DNA of 64,000 nt. Source: Thermodesulfobacteriota bacterium. GTDB lineage: Bacteria; Desulfobacterota; Binatia; Bin18. The stretch covers positions 32,001-96,000 of the forward strand of contig OZ219926.1 in assembly GCA_964291405.2 (NCBI GenBank), read 5' to 3'. This document shows, piece after piece, positions 27,802 through 37,735 of the stretch. Under the pieces are notes generated by a model. The model had not been told where the DNA came from. It saw only the letters and a program-made list of their open reading frames with translations, and ran no database searches. Each line of letters begins with the position of its first letter. Positions within the stretch are counted from its first letter, which is position 1. A program made the translations under genes and the position numbers.

Positions 27802-27907
27802 GGATTTTATGGGAGGTAGACTCTATTGATATAGACGAATTTGATCCATACATTTGACAATGAACGATGGACAGGGAGGGCATTCGCTCAGGTGCTCGTA
27901 AAAAAGA

Positions 27908-28525
27908 ATGAAGGCGCCCAGCATGACAACGCCTGATACAGATACAATTGATCCGAGTTCCTTTCCTCGGGAGATACAGCAGCCTGAAAAATTTCTGGTG
28001 CCGTTTGACCCTGTTGCCCTAGCAGCAGGACAGATAGGTGAAGACTCTTTCACGTTCCGAGGTGGTGAGCAGGTAGAACTCTCGGAGATGGAAAGGGCGT
28101 TGACTCAACCCCTTGAGCCTATTGAAACGTCTGACGACGATATTAAGTCCCAAGCCCATCAATTCCACGATACCATACTCGCTTATGAGCGTCGCATCAA
28201 AGTTCTGAAGGAGCAAGCGGAGCTTGATGGATATTCGCTCAACTTTGCTTCCGAAGGCGCCTTTTTTGATTTCCTACAAAAAAACCTGATTATAAGACGT
28301 GGGCGACTTGTCCTTATGGAAAACGGTAATCTTCGAGCAATTTGGAAAAGTGAGAGGGAGACTCATATCGGACTTCAGTTTCTAGCCAACCAATCCATCC
28401 AGTATGTCATATTCACACGCCGAAAACCTCAGCTTCCTGTTTCGAGAGTAAGCGGGCGAGATACAATGGATGGCATAATGAAGCAGATTGAGGCGTTCGA
28501 CTTGGGTGATGTACTGTACACATGA
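27908..28525 (+). CDS. Hypothetical protein, candidate antitoxin/partner
   Basis: 205 aa, lower GC; ATGA overlap with the next gene; acidic N-terminal region and a beta-rich C-domain (LMENGNLRAIW). Confidence 0.7.
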   Translation: MKAPSMTTPDTDTIDPSSFPREIQQPEKFLVPFDPVALAAGQIGEDSFTFRGGEQVELSEMERALTQPLEPIETSDDDIKSQAHQFHDTILAYERRIKVLKEQAELDGYSLNFASEGAFFDFLQKNLIIRRGRLVLMENGNLRAIWKSERETHIGLQFLANQSIQYVIFTRRKPQLPVSRVSGRDTMDGIMKQIEAFDLGDVLYT

Positions 28526-28986
28526 CCGGAGATCAGATCCCCGACGCTCATCATATCGTTCGATATGTGAGACCGACACTTGTTGATGGTGAGGCCGTCG
28601 ATGGTAGCGCGTTTCTTCTGAGATCAAACGAAGAGAGGCTCTCTGTAAACTGGCTGGAAGTATTCGGGGGTAATGATGAGCATCGCCAACTCGGTGAAGT
28701 CCGACGCCTGTTCAGACTGAGACTGGCGAGAAACGGGCGGTTTGCAAAACTCAATGTGGGGGCGACGAAGCAGTACGTCTCAGAAGCTGCAGAGGAACTA
28801 GGGATTGTTGCCGCAGAGGAACTAGGGGTTGTTGAAGCGCCCTTGTCCCCCACAGACGAATTCGAAGCCGACCCCTCCCATGCCGAGATCATCGGCCTTC
28901 CGCCAGGAGAGAGCGATGAGGCGATGCTTGTCGGCGACTTGATCGCCGAGTGTGTTATCTACCTTCGCCCAGGAAGAACTGACTGA
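28522..28986 (+). CDS. Hypothetical protein with ART/RES-like motif pattern, candidate toxin
   Basis: IVRYV...SAF...LSVNW...DPSHAEI; fold assignment is an inference. Confidence 0.6.
   Translation: MTGDQIPDAHHIVRYVRPTLVDGEAVDGSAFLLRSNEERLSVNWLEVFGGNDEHRQLGEVRRLFRLRLARNGRFAKLNVGATKQYVSEAAEELGIVAAEELGVVEAPLSPTDEFEADPSHAEIIGLPPGESDEAMLVGDLIAECVIYLRPGRTD
28786..28833 (+). repeat. 24-bp in-frame tandem duplication (AAEELGIV/AAEELGVV)
   Basis: GCTGCAGAGGAACTAGGGATTGTT then GCCGCAGAGGAACTAGGGGTTGTT. Confidence 0.85.
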
Positions 28987-29048
28987 AGGTATATACGTCG
29001 GCACCCTGAGCACCGCTCCTGCTGGAGGGACCACTTGTGTGTGGCGAT

Positions 29049-32000
29049 TCATGTCGAGTCAGCGAGCGATCCAGCCAAGGCTATAGCTCTGGCGCGGACA
29101 TGAAACCAGGAGTCGATTGGCAGGACTCTTTCTATCTCATCAAGGTGGCCGAGGAATATCTGTAGGGATCTTTTCGGAGGCGGAGGTAAATGGGTCGCGA
29201 TGCGAGCCAGTCCTTCTTCAAGCCACTTGAACCATTCATCGTGTTCCTCATAGGCGGCAGCGGCTTGTAACAGGATTTGTAGGGTTCTTGCAATTTCTTC
29301 TGTGGACAGTCTTGGAACAATTCTTACAATCGCATCCACGGTCCCATTCGCCAAAGGCGTGCTGCGGTTTGTCGCCGCGACCATGCTAGCTGATTCCAAA
29401 AGCCTCAGATTCTCAAGTGGCTTGGTCGAGGCGTTCGTATCTCCCATCGTCCTTATGGTTTCCCATATGCGGTCCAGTTCCGGTTTACCCAAAGCAGAGA
29501 GCTGAGAAGCCGTTGCGAACCATTGCAGAAGGAACAGCTCAGTGCCGTCCGTCCGTGCTTCAAGCTTCTCAATGACCTCTTGTGGAAGGGGTTCCGTCGG
29601 TCGCTTATGGCCTTCAAGCGGTCCAGGCAGCCCGAGGACAAGCGGTTGTCCTCGATCGTCGGTCTGAGTGCGTGCGCGGCGAACGTCCTCCGACCGCGGT
29701 ACATAGCGCCCTTCGCGTTCATGGCGTGATGTAAGGACATAGAGCCGACTAAGGATTTCATTCCGCAATAGAATGTGGCTTGCAAAAAGCATCGGCTCCT
29801 GCCTAGCCTGCACGAAAGCCGCATAAGTCCCGGCCGCGGTCATGTTGCCGTAGAGCCATTTCTGAAAATTGTCGATCTCGACGAGAAAGGATGGCTCCAT
29901 CATAATACGAGCAATCAGGCCCGCCTGCATCCATGCGCCCATCCGCTTCCAGTAGCCGGGATACGTGGCCCCATTTTCCAGAAGATTGAGTCGATTGAGC
30001 ACGAATTCGTAGAGCATCTGAAGCAGGCTGTAGATATCAACGCCTTCCGGCTGTCCGAATTTCTCGTCCAAGAGCGTGGTAACGGCCATAGCCGCGAACT
30101 CGCGAAAACGTTCGTCTTCCTGGCGATACAGCGCGACGTCGAGCGCGCCGAGCAACGAGAACGGATTGCTTGTCGCGTGACATGAAGAAAGCGCATCCCA
30201 CACGCCGTCATTGTCAAGTTCGGTTACCCACTGCCCGGGGGTCAAGTCGTCGCGCAGCGCGCCGAGGCAACAGATATCGAGTCCAACCCGAACATCGCGG
30301 TTCAAGAGTGCTTTTCGGTAGGGCACGAGCAGGTCGCGAAAGTAGGATTCAGGTTCTTGCGCGTCAGGGTTTGGACCGATGAATCGTTCAAAATAAGATA
30401 GGGATTGCGGGACAAGGTCTGTCACATTGAAGGACGAATCCTGTTGTATTTTTTGGAGCAGTCTGGCCTGAACAACCGCGACGCCGTTCGTAGACTCCTC
30501 AAATATCGCGGCCAGCTCCTGGTCGGTGAGCTGGCGTGAGGTAATGGAGTCGAGAAGCTCACGAAAATCTGTCGCGGTCGGTCCAAGACGGTCAATGATC
30601 GTCCCAAGCGCATCACGCCGCACTTCCGGGCTTGGTGAGAGGAGAGCCCAGTCTGGCACCTGGGTCTGCTGGGTCACCCCCTCGTCATCAGTCCATTTCA
30701 CGACTACCTGCTGGTCATCGCCCTGGAGATCGACCAACACCCCCTTTCCGGCAACATCTTGAACGACGCTCTCCTGCTTTGTGGCGGAGACTTCCCTCGC
30801 GGCCGCAAACAGCTTGCTATTGACCAATTTGATATCCGGTCCTACCGAGAAGACGAGGTTCGTTTCAAAACCGCATCGGCGCGCAAACTCCGCATCTTGG
30901 GCGATGACCAGTCTACGAGCATCCTTCGGCAACTGCTCCAAAAAAAGATTTCCGTACATCTCTTGATTGTTTTCAAGGGCTGAAATCCCATTGGAGACCT
31001 CCAGCAGTGTCTTCTTGATTAAGTCCGCATTGGCGGGGCGTAGAGGATCAAGGATGAAGCGTTCGAGCCAACGCGTATAATGAGCTCGGCGGTCTTGCGC
31101 CCTGATAGTCGTGGGTAAAAGGAGGTTTCCTAAACGCAGAGATAACAGGTCTCGCATCCAACTGGCATAACGATCCTCTGCAATGTGCCGGGGTTTCCCA
31201 ATATCCACGTGCATCAGATAACGCCATACCCAGTTAGATTGCATTGTTGCCTGTTCTATAGTCAACGATTCGTCTTCCCACACGCGGTCGATACTGGCTT
31301 TGCCCACACGATGCAGGTTGATGGACAGGGCTAGCGTTTCCTCTGGAGTCAGGACACTGAGGGAATATATGCGGGCCATGGTCTGACGGAGAGTCTTCAG
31401 CTCTGCGCTTTCTTTCAATTGACCATTGTTCACTTGCGCCACTGTCAGCCAATGTGCCAATTCGTCAGACTCAAGCGGGATGAAGACAAAACCTCCCTGT
31501 CGAAGCTTGTGTCGTGCTGTCCAGTGATCGCCAACACTGATGCGTCCCTGAGAAACGAGGGAGCGCAAAACGTCCAACACGCAAACAAGAGGAACGGACT
31601 GTTCTGAAGGTTCGGTCAAGATCAGGTGCCTATTGATAAAACGATCATCAATACAGAGCGCATCGCAGGCGGCGATACCCGCCATCAAAGAGGTCGTCGC
31701 CTGTAGTCGGATTTCGCGTTTCTCAATCTGCTCGTCCTGATCAGTCGTGCGAGGTAGGAAGGAAGCTGCTCCCAAATCCACCGCATTGCGTAAGACATCT
31801 CGAATCCGTTCTATCTTTGTCACGAGATCAGCGCCTATATCGCCCGCTCCGATGAGTGCGGTCATTTCTTCCAGGACAGCCGGATGGATTCGAATATCCA
31901 GACCAGCAGCGGCCATGGGCTGCAACATAACGGCGTTTTGCAAGTAGGAGAGGGTGGTTCGATCGAGGTAAATCGGGCCTTGGAGGATTGGCGATGAGAG

Positions 32001-35000
32001 AGTCGCGTGCTCTGTCTGTCCCTGGCTGCTCAAAAACAGCCGTGCGCGCTGATAATCGGCCGCGGCGATTCTCCCCTCGGCGTGTAGCAGCGTGCAGAGG
32101 TCCATTGTTGAATGGATCAAATCGTCATACTCGCTCGTATCTGCTTGCTCTTCCATTAGTGACCCGGCTTTATGGATTGGTAGAACGCAAATGACCCGGC
32201 CGTTGTCCTGTCTTGCCTCATGTAAGAGCGTAGCCAGTTCGAGTCCTACCTCGTCGGTAAGAGACTTGGGAAGCTCGGTCACGTTGTCAGCAGCTCGAAG
32301 CCGTCCCTGATTTTGGAGGTCCCGAACCTGCTTGGCTGCGGCAATACGGGAAGGCTGATGAAAGCGAACCTGGTCTCTTTCGCGGAGTAGAAACTCCATG
32401 ATGTCGGGAGAAAGTTTGACGTGATGAAACGCCTCGACGGCCGTTTCCAGTAGGCCGAGATGGGAAAGGATCAGGATTGAGGTCACGTCCAATCCGATTG
32501 TCCAGTCCTGCTGCAATGCGACTGGATTCCGGCCGCCGGTGACAATCGGCAATATCCTTCGGCGGCGACCGTCCAATGCCGCAGTATTCTGATCGGGGAT
32601 ATAGAGCAGGAGATGCGCGAACGATATATTCAATTCGCTTGCCGCCAAGCTCATAGGTATCTCACCACTGAGCCATTTCCGTTCAACCTCCTCCAAACGA
32701 TCTCGGCGATTCGGCATCCATTCGGTGACGATCTCTTGTAAATTCATGGACCAAAGAGGGCCTTGGTCGGCGGAAGAAAGCTCGTAGGCGCGCTTGAGCC
32801 AGTTCGGATCGGCCTCATCATCGCGCCCGAGTCGAAAGTGCAGCCAATGGGCAGCCATCAGGATTCGAGGGTCGTCCGGTGCTTTTTGTGCGGCCAATTT
32901 GGCGAGTTGGAGCGCGCGGTCAGGTGTCAGACCCTGTTGGCCGGCGAGCTGAGCCAAAGTCATCAGTGCTTCAGGAGTAAGTGACTGCTGTCGAGGCCAC
33001 TCGCGCTCAATGATTGCCGCTATATGTTCCCAGTCGCCGGAAGCAATAGCGATATTGATGTCGAGTTGAAGATCATTCTGGTTTACCCGTTGGCTTAGGA
33101 ACCTGTCGTTGATCTCCTTTGATTCCTGAAGCCGACCTGCTTGAAACATCGCCCACGCTTGCATCTCCTTCAGTTCATCGCTCTGCGCAAGAATGTCGAG
33201 ATTCCCTCCTAAAAATTTGAGGACTGCGTCGTAGTCGAAGGAGGGGGGGGCGCTGAGGCACTTGGCGAGGTCTAGCGCATTCTCAACAGTCCGCTCACGG
33301 TCGAACAAGTCGTGGAGCAAAGGCTGAAGCGCTGCATGATCATTTACGGTCTTCAAATGAGCCACCAGGTTCTTTAGGTTGATAATATCTTTCGTCTGGT
33401 GATAAAGAAGTTCAAGTTGTTTACGAGGATCGTTCCCTTCATGGGCATCGATCATCACAGTCAAACGATTAGAGTGTACTTCGCCAAGGTCAGTTGCGTG
33501 TGCCGTTACTAGCACACGCGCCCTTTCAATCTGACCATCCTTTACCAGAGCCTCCACGTACATTGTGGCCACAAAGGCGGGAGGCATAACTTCACTCAGT
33601 CGTGTCTCATGTTGCTCCAGATAAGATACGAGATCATGGGGTTCCATGGATTGTTCAGCAAGCAGGCTCTCCGCTAGAATCTCATGGTCGTCGAGTCCGC
33701 CGAGCCGTTTTCTGTATTCCAGATATTGTTGTAGTGGCTCGACCTTGAAGGGAATTTTGAAGACATAAGCAAAAGGGATAAGCTTGACCGCCCGCGTACC
33801 TTCTTCTATGCCCTGACGTATCTCATCACGGACGACATCCGCGTTCGTAGGATTCGGGTCCATCAGCCGAAGCCAAAGACGCCAATCCGAAATGAATCCT
33901 ACCAAATCAGGGTCGGCGATATCCTTCATCCTCTGTTCGGCGAATTCTAGGCAGATAGCGGCGCGAGCATAATGTTTCTCAGCTTCCTCTCCCAAGGTCG
34001 GAGTGACGCCGGGATAAATAGGTACGGTCTCAAGTGCCCTCTCCCGATACTCGTCCGGTAACAACATGGCTGCGTTGATGATCCCTTCGATAAATGAGAG
34101 CGCAGGCATGTGCTTCCAATCGGGCTCGAAACTCTGGAGGCGCACCGCAGCTTCGTTCCAGCGTCCGACCTTGACCATGCAAAGAACCCAATTCCACCAG
34201 CCAATATCAGTGAAGAATTTGTCGTCGTCAGGTTCAGCTTGCTCGATGTACCAATCCAAGGCTGCACGCTCACCTTGTGAACGAATCAGAACGCCGAACA
34301 AACCGGTCCTAGAATCAGGGTCGTTACGATCCCTCAGCAGACGAAGCGCTTCATCGGGGTTGCCATCAGCCTCCGTGAGCAGAGCATCCAGAATAGAGAG
34401 GTCTCTGTCAGGATCAGTCTTCCGTAGCTCATCGCGAAGCTGTCGTGCGGAATCACGTGTTTCGGCATCACTGACGCATAATATTGCGGTCCGGTAGAGA
34501 ATCCTGTTTTTGGTAGAAGTGGATGCTGCGAGAAGATCGCCTTCATCGCCTACGCGCTGCCTCAGTTTTTGAATGTCCTGTCGTGCTCGGCGCTGATCAA
34601 ACATTCGGAGCATAAGAATTCGGGACAATTCTTCCTCTGCCTGATCGGTGTGAGCTTGTTGAATGATCGGGTCAGTTAGGGCCGAAACGTACCCGAACAT
34701 TTCCTGGAGCATACCGGCTAACGCTCGTTGGTCGGCAGGGATCGAAGCAATATATCCAGCCACAAGAATAGCAACCGTAATGTCTATCGATTCGTCTGCT
34801 AGATGACCGGCTTCACCCGTTCGACTTGAGTAGCTGTGGGCTAAGCGTGTGCGAATTTCCGTATCGCTGACGGCTCCGCCCATTATGAGCGCTTTTGCTA
34901 AGACTTTCAGATCGCCCGCAACGGGTGTGTCGGCAAGCCATTTCTGCAACACTGGATTGGTCAAAAAGTCCGGGGCAATGTACTGGTGGCCAATCCGATC

Positions 35001-35225
35001 TAGGATTCTTCTCCACCAGGAGTCCTCAATGTTTCCTCTCCGCAACCTGTCCAAGGTCTGGTCTAGATTGCTCTCCATCAGAGGCAAGTTGGTAGGTCCC
35101 CGCCCGGCCTTCCGCTCTGCATACAAGCGTGATGCATACTTAGCTGCATACTTGAAGGTAGCCTGAGCAACTGGTCGGAGAAGGGAAGCTAGAACTGATA
35201 GGGTTGGATCGGACATTTGCAGCAT
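29049..35225 (-). CDS. Giant helical-repeat (TPR-like) protein with central PIN-like motifs
   Basis: Uninterrupted ORF of about 2058-2070 aa; GAGGTG RBS before ATG 35225; Leu/Ala/Glu/Arg-rich helices; IGLDVTSILILSHLGLL, IYLDRTTLSYL, ALCIDDRFIN. Confidence 0.75.
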   Translation of the reverse strand: MLQMSDPTLSVLASLLRPVAQATFKYAAKYASRLYAERKAGRGPTNLPLMESNLDQTLDRLRRGNIEDSWWRRILDRIGHQYIAPDFLTNPVLQKWLADTPVAGDLKVLAKALIMGGAVSDTEIRTRLAHSYSSRTGEAGHLADESIDITVAILVAGYIASIPADQRALAGMLQEMFGYVSALTDPIIQQAHTDQAEEELSRILMLRMFDQRRARQDIQKLRQRVGDEGDLLAASTSTKNRILYRTAILCVSDAETRDSARQLRDELRKTDPDRDLSILDALLTEADGNPDEALRLLRDRNDPDSRTGLFGVLIRSQGERAALDWYIEQAEPDDDKFFTDIGWWNWVLCMVKVGRWNEAAVRLQSFEPDWKHMPALSFIEGIINAAMLLPDEYRERALETVPIYPGVTPTLGEEAEKHYARAAICLEFAEQRMKDIADPDLVGFISDWRLWLRLMDPNPTNADVVRDEIRQGIEEGTRAVKLIPFAYVFKIPFKVEPLQQYLEYRKRLGGLDDHEILAESLLAEQSMEPHDLVSYLEQHETRLSEVMPPAFVATMYVEALVKDGQIERARVLVTAHATDLGEVHSNRLTVMIDAHEGNDPRKQLELLYHQTKDIINLKNLVAHLKTVNDHAALQPLLHDLFDRERTVENALDLAKCLSAPPSFDYDAVLKFLGGNLDILAQSDELKEMQAWAMFQAGRLQESKEINDRFLSQRVNQNDLQLDINIAIASGDWEHIAAIIEREWPRQQSLTPEALMTLAQLAGQQGLTPDRALQLAKLAAQKAPDDPRILMAAHWLHFRLGRDDEADPNWLKRAYELSSADQGPLWSMNLQEIVTEWMPNRRDRLEEVERKWLSGEIPMSLAASELNISFAHLLLYIPDQNTAALDGRRRRILPIVTGGRNPVALQQDWTIGLDVTSILILSHLGLLETAVEAFHHVKLSPDIMEFLLRERDQVRFHQPSRIAAAKQVRDLQNQGRLRAADNVTELPKSLTDEVGLELATLLHEARQDNGRVICVLPIHKAGSLMEEQADTSEYDDLIHSTMDLCTLLHAEGRIAAADYQRARLFLSSQGQTEHATLSSPILQGPIYLDRTTLSYLQNAVMLQPMAAAGLDIRIHPAVLEEMTALIGAGDIGADLVTKIERIRDVLRNAVDLGAASFLPRTTDQDEQIEKREIRLQATTSLMAGIAACDALCIDDRFINRHLILTEPSEQSVPLVCVLDVLRSLVSQGRISVGDHWTARHKLRQGGFVFIPLESDELAHWLTVAQVNNGQLKESAELKTLRQTMARIYSLSVLTPEETLALSINLHRVGKASIDRVWEDESLTIEQATMQSNWVWRYLMHVDIGKPRHIAEDRYASWMRDLLSLRLGNLLLPTTIRAQDRRAHYTRWLERFILDPLRPANADLIKKTLLEVSNGISALENNQEMYGNLFLEQLPKDARRLVIAQDAEFARRCGFETNLVFSVGPDIKLVNSKLFAAAREVSATKQESVVQDVAGKGVLVDLQGDDQQVVVKWTDDEGVTQQTQVPDWALLSPSPEVRRDALGTIIDRLGPTATDFRELLDSITSRQLTDQELAAIFEESTNGVAVVQARLLQKIQQDSSFNVTDLVPQSLSYFERFIGPNPDAQEPESYFRDLLVPYRKALLNRDVRVGLDICCLGALRDDLTPGQWVTELDNDGVWDALSSCHATSNPFSLLGALDVALYRQEDERFREFAAMAVTTLLDEKFGQPEGVDIYSLLQMLYEFVLNRLNLLENGATYPGYWKRMGAWMQAGLIARIMMEPSFLVEIDNFQKWLYGNMTAAGTYAAFVQARQEPMLFASHILLRNEILSRLYVLTSRHEREGRYVPRSEDVRRARTQTDDRGQPLVLGLPGPLEGHKRPTEPLPQEVIEKLEARTDGTELFLLQWFATASQLSALGKPELDRIWETIRTMGDTNASTKPLENLRLLESASMVAATNRSTPLANGTVDAIVRIVPRLSTEEIARTLQILLQAAAAYEEHDEWFKWLEEGLARIATHLPPPPKRSLQIFLGHLDEIERVLPIDSWFHVRARAIALAGSLADST

Positions 35226-35360
35226 CTCACCTCGTACTACAGGCTTGAGTTTTTGTACCATGAACCGAAAAAGTAAGTATACATAATTGTAACCATAGTT
35301 ACCTCGCTCGTTTATAGTATTTTCACCGTCGGTCTGAGCGTTAAGCTGACCCTAGGCCAG

Positions 35361-35428
35361 GTACTGTCCTAATTTGAGGTTTTTCCCTCAACAGAAACAG
35401 TGGCTTACAGTTCAAAATAGGACAGTCC
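35361..35428. repeat. Small inverted-repeat (MITE-like) element at the island edge
   Basis: ACTGTCCTAATTTGA ... TCAAAATAGGACAGT (14/15 inverted match); half copy GGACTGTCCTAATT at 54181. Confidence 0.6.
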
Positions 35429-35563
35429 CCAAGGCTGATGCTACTTTACTTTGAATCTGTTATATTCTACTAAAGACGAGCAACACCTCTGGCGGTGTTA
35501 CATGTGGATGGTGTGGAATGGATCCGTTGTGTGGTGGAGATGTGGTATGTGGAGGAGGAATCC

Positions 35564-36049
35564 ATGGGAGTGGTGCTGGAGGTCGAAGTCCCACAAAGAG
35601 CGTTTAATCGTCGTATCCAACCCTTTGCTATTGCCCTTGCCGAAGTCTCCTGGCGCGTGAAGATGTTCACGCACGAGGGAGTGGTTCTGGCAGCCCTGTA
35701 TCTTGAGGAGCCGGACCTCATCCTCGCCATGGTCCTGTGGCCGAATGTAGATTCTGCGCGGCGTTTGTTCAAAGGACATTTTGAAGTTTGTTTATGCTCG
35801 GCGGCAGACCCGGTGGGGCGGGTGCGTCTTGCCGTGCAGATTGACCCTGCCATGGTCGAGGAACTCTTTGTCGCCGCCGAGTTGATTAACCCCAAGCCGT
35901 CAAAGGCGGGTGCGAAGCGGGCGGAAAAATATTTTACCGAGTTCCTGGCGTTAGGCTTCCCGGACTCTCAAGTCGTCTGGGCGCGGTCGTGCCGATGGCA
36001 GGATACGCCCGAGTACCTGGAGGCGACGACGCCCATCCGGGTGGGCTGA
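35564..36049 (+). CDS. Hypothetical protein (161 aa)
   Basis: Strong GGAGGAGG RBS before ATG 35564; no recognised motif. Confidence 0.6.
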   Translation: MGVVLEVEVPQRAFNRRIQPFAIALAEVSWRVKMFTHEGVVLAALYLEEPDLILAMVLWPNVDSARRLFKGHFEVCLCSAADPVGRVRLAVQIDPAMVEELFVAAELINPKPSKAGAKRAEKYFTEFLALGFPDSQVVWARSCRWQDTPEYLEATTPIRVG

Positions 36050-36051
36050 GA

Positions 36052-36133
36052 ACTTGTCCTGAGCGTACTTCGACTTCGCCCCCTCTGGGGCTACGCTCAG
36101 CACGAGCGCAGGTGAAGGAGTGTAGTCGAAGGG
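36052..36133. repeat. Family E palindromic repeat (CCTGAGCGTA...CTTCGACT...TACGCTCAG...TAGTCGAAG)
   Basis: Interleaved inverted repeats CTGAGCGTA/TACGCTCAG and CTTCGACT/AGTCGAAG; single copy in the window. Confidence 0.55.
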
Positions 36134-36262
36134 CAGGGCTCGCATTCGGACAAAAGACGTGGTATGCCGTGAACTCCGCTCATCTTCTTCCGGGTGACTG
36201 AAGTTCGGATGCCACTATACCGAAAGGCCGGCGATACGCCCGCCTTTCTACTGGGAAACCAC

Positions 36263-37333
36263 ATGCCTGAGAAAATTGAAAATTCCCATCTCACTGAGAT
36301 GACCCCCTTGGTCTCCCCTCGGACCGTCAAAGCCAAACTCCCGCTGACCGAAGGCGCGGCTGGCCTGATCATGCAAACCCGGCACGCGATCTGCGATATC
36401 CTCCACGGCCGGGACCGGCACCGCCTGCTCGTGGTTACCGGCCCGTGCTCCATTCATGATCCCCAAGCGGCCTATGAATACGCCGAGCGCCTTAAGCCGG
36501 TGATTGACGCAACACGTGATCATCTCGTTGTGGTCATGCGGACCTATTTTGAAAAGCCGCGCACAACCATAGGCTGGAAGGGACTGATTAACGATCCCCA
36601 TCTTGACGGGTCATGCGACATCCCGGCTGGTCTGGAACTGGCCCGTGAGATTTTACTCCATATCAACCATATGGGCGTGCCCTGCGCGAGTGAACTCTTA
36701 GACCCGGTGACACCGCAGTATGTCGCCGACCTGCTCAGTTGGGCAGCCATAGGCGCACGGACGACCCAGAGCCAGACGCATAGAGAGATGGCCAGTGGGC
36801 TCTCCATGCCGGTCGGGTTCAAGAATACGACCGGTGGGGAGGTTTCCGGGGCGATCAACGCCATGATTTCGGCTGGTCACCCGCATAGTTTCCTGGGCAT
36901 CAACGTCGATGGCATGACCTCGGTCATCAAGACCTTGGGGAATCCCGACCGTCATATTATTTTGCGGGGTGGGGGAGGGCGGCCCAATTACCGTCAGGAG
37001 GATATTGCGCAGGTGACGGACATGGTTGCCAAAGAAGGCATAGCGCGTCCCATTATGGTGGACTGCTCCCACGGCAATTCAAACAAGGACTATACCCGTC
37101 AGTCTGCGATCTGTCGGGACGTGTTGCGTCTGCGCCAAGAGCAAGAGTATGACGTTATGGGCATCCTCTTGGAGAGCAATTTGAAACCGGGGAATCAGTC
37201 TTGGAAAGAAGGCTCCCATCTCGAATATGGGGTGTCCATTACCGATGCCTGTATCGGTTGGGAAGAGTCGAGCGACTTACTGTATGAAATGGCTGAAGTG
37301 GTGCAGTCCAACCCGCTGGCTGTTCCCGCATAA
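36263..37333 (+). CDS. aroG: 3-deoxy-7-phosphoheptulonate (DAHP) synthase, class I alpha (AroF/G/H type; feedback isoform not determinable)
   Basis: GPCSIHD, YFEKPRTTIGWKGLINDP, IGARTT, DCSHGNS, SITDACIGW. Confidence 0.93.
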   Translation: MPEKIENSHLTEMTPLVSPRTVKAKLPLTEGAAGLIMQTRHAICDILHGRDRHRLLVVTGPCSIHDPQAAYEYAERLKPVIDATRDHLVVVMRTYFEKPRTTIGWKGLINDPHLDGSCDIPAGLELAREILLHINHMGVPCASELLDPVTPQYVADLLSWAAIGARTTQSQTHREMASGLSMPVGFKNTTGGEVSGAINAMISAGHPHSFLGINVDGMTSVIKTLGNPDRHIILRGGGGRPNYRQEDIAQVTDMVAKEGIARPIMVDCSHGNSNKDYTRQSAICRDVLRLRQEQEYDVMGILLESNLKPGNQSWKEGSHLEYGVSITDACIGWEESSDLLYEMAEVVQSNPLAVPA

Positions 37334-37676
37334 TAAGCGGCCAGGGCGGTTCGTCGGAAGACCAGTCTTCCGAGGCTTCTGTCTATACAGCCTGCTGGCG
37401 TGTATTGCCGTAGGGGCTGCCTCGTGTACCTATGCCGAGCGCAAGTGGAACCAGAAGGTTGCTGAGTTCAATAAAGGCATTGATCAGCAAATGGCACAAG
37501 CCGAAGGCAAGGCCGGTCGCTGCCAGGCCCGCGGCGGCGTCCTCTATAATGAGCAATGCTATATGCCCGATATGAACCCGGCCGTTCGGGACGAACAGAC
37601 GTGTCGTCTGCACGGCGGCCTGTTCATCAATGAGGAATGCCTGACTGACCAACGCCGGAACGTCTCATTTCAATAG
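37284..37676 (+). CDS. Putative small lipoprotein with two C-x3-GG-x6-C repeats (start uncertain)
   Basis: Hydrophobic stretch ending AASC; CQARGGVLYNEQC and CRLHGGLFINEEC. Confidence 0.5.
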   Translation: MKWLKWCSPTRWLFPHNKRPGRFVGRPVFRGFCLYSLLACIAVGAASCTYAERKWNQKVAEFNKGIDQQMAQAEGKAGRCQARGGVLYNEQCYMPDMNPAVRDEQTCRLHGGLFINEECLTDQRRNVSFQ

Positions 37677-37735
37677 CCGCCGGCAGCGGGTGACTGGGGG
37701 ACCGGCCAACCCATACCTCAAAAGAGGAGGAAGTC

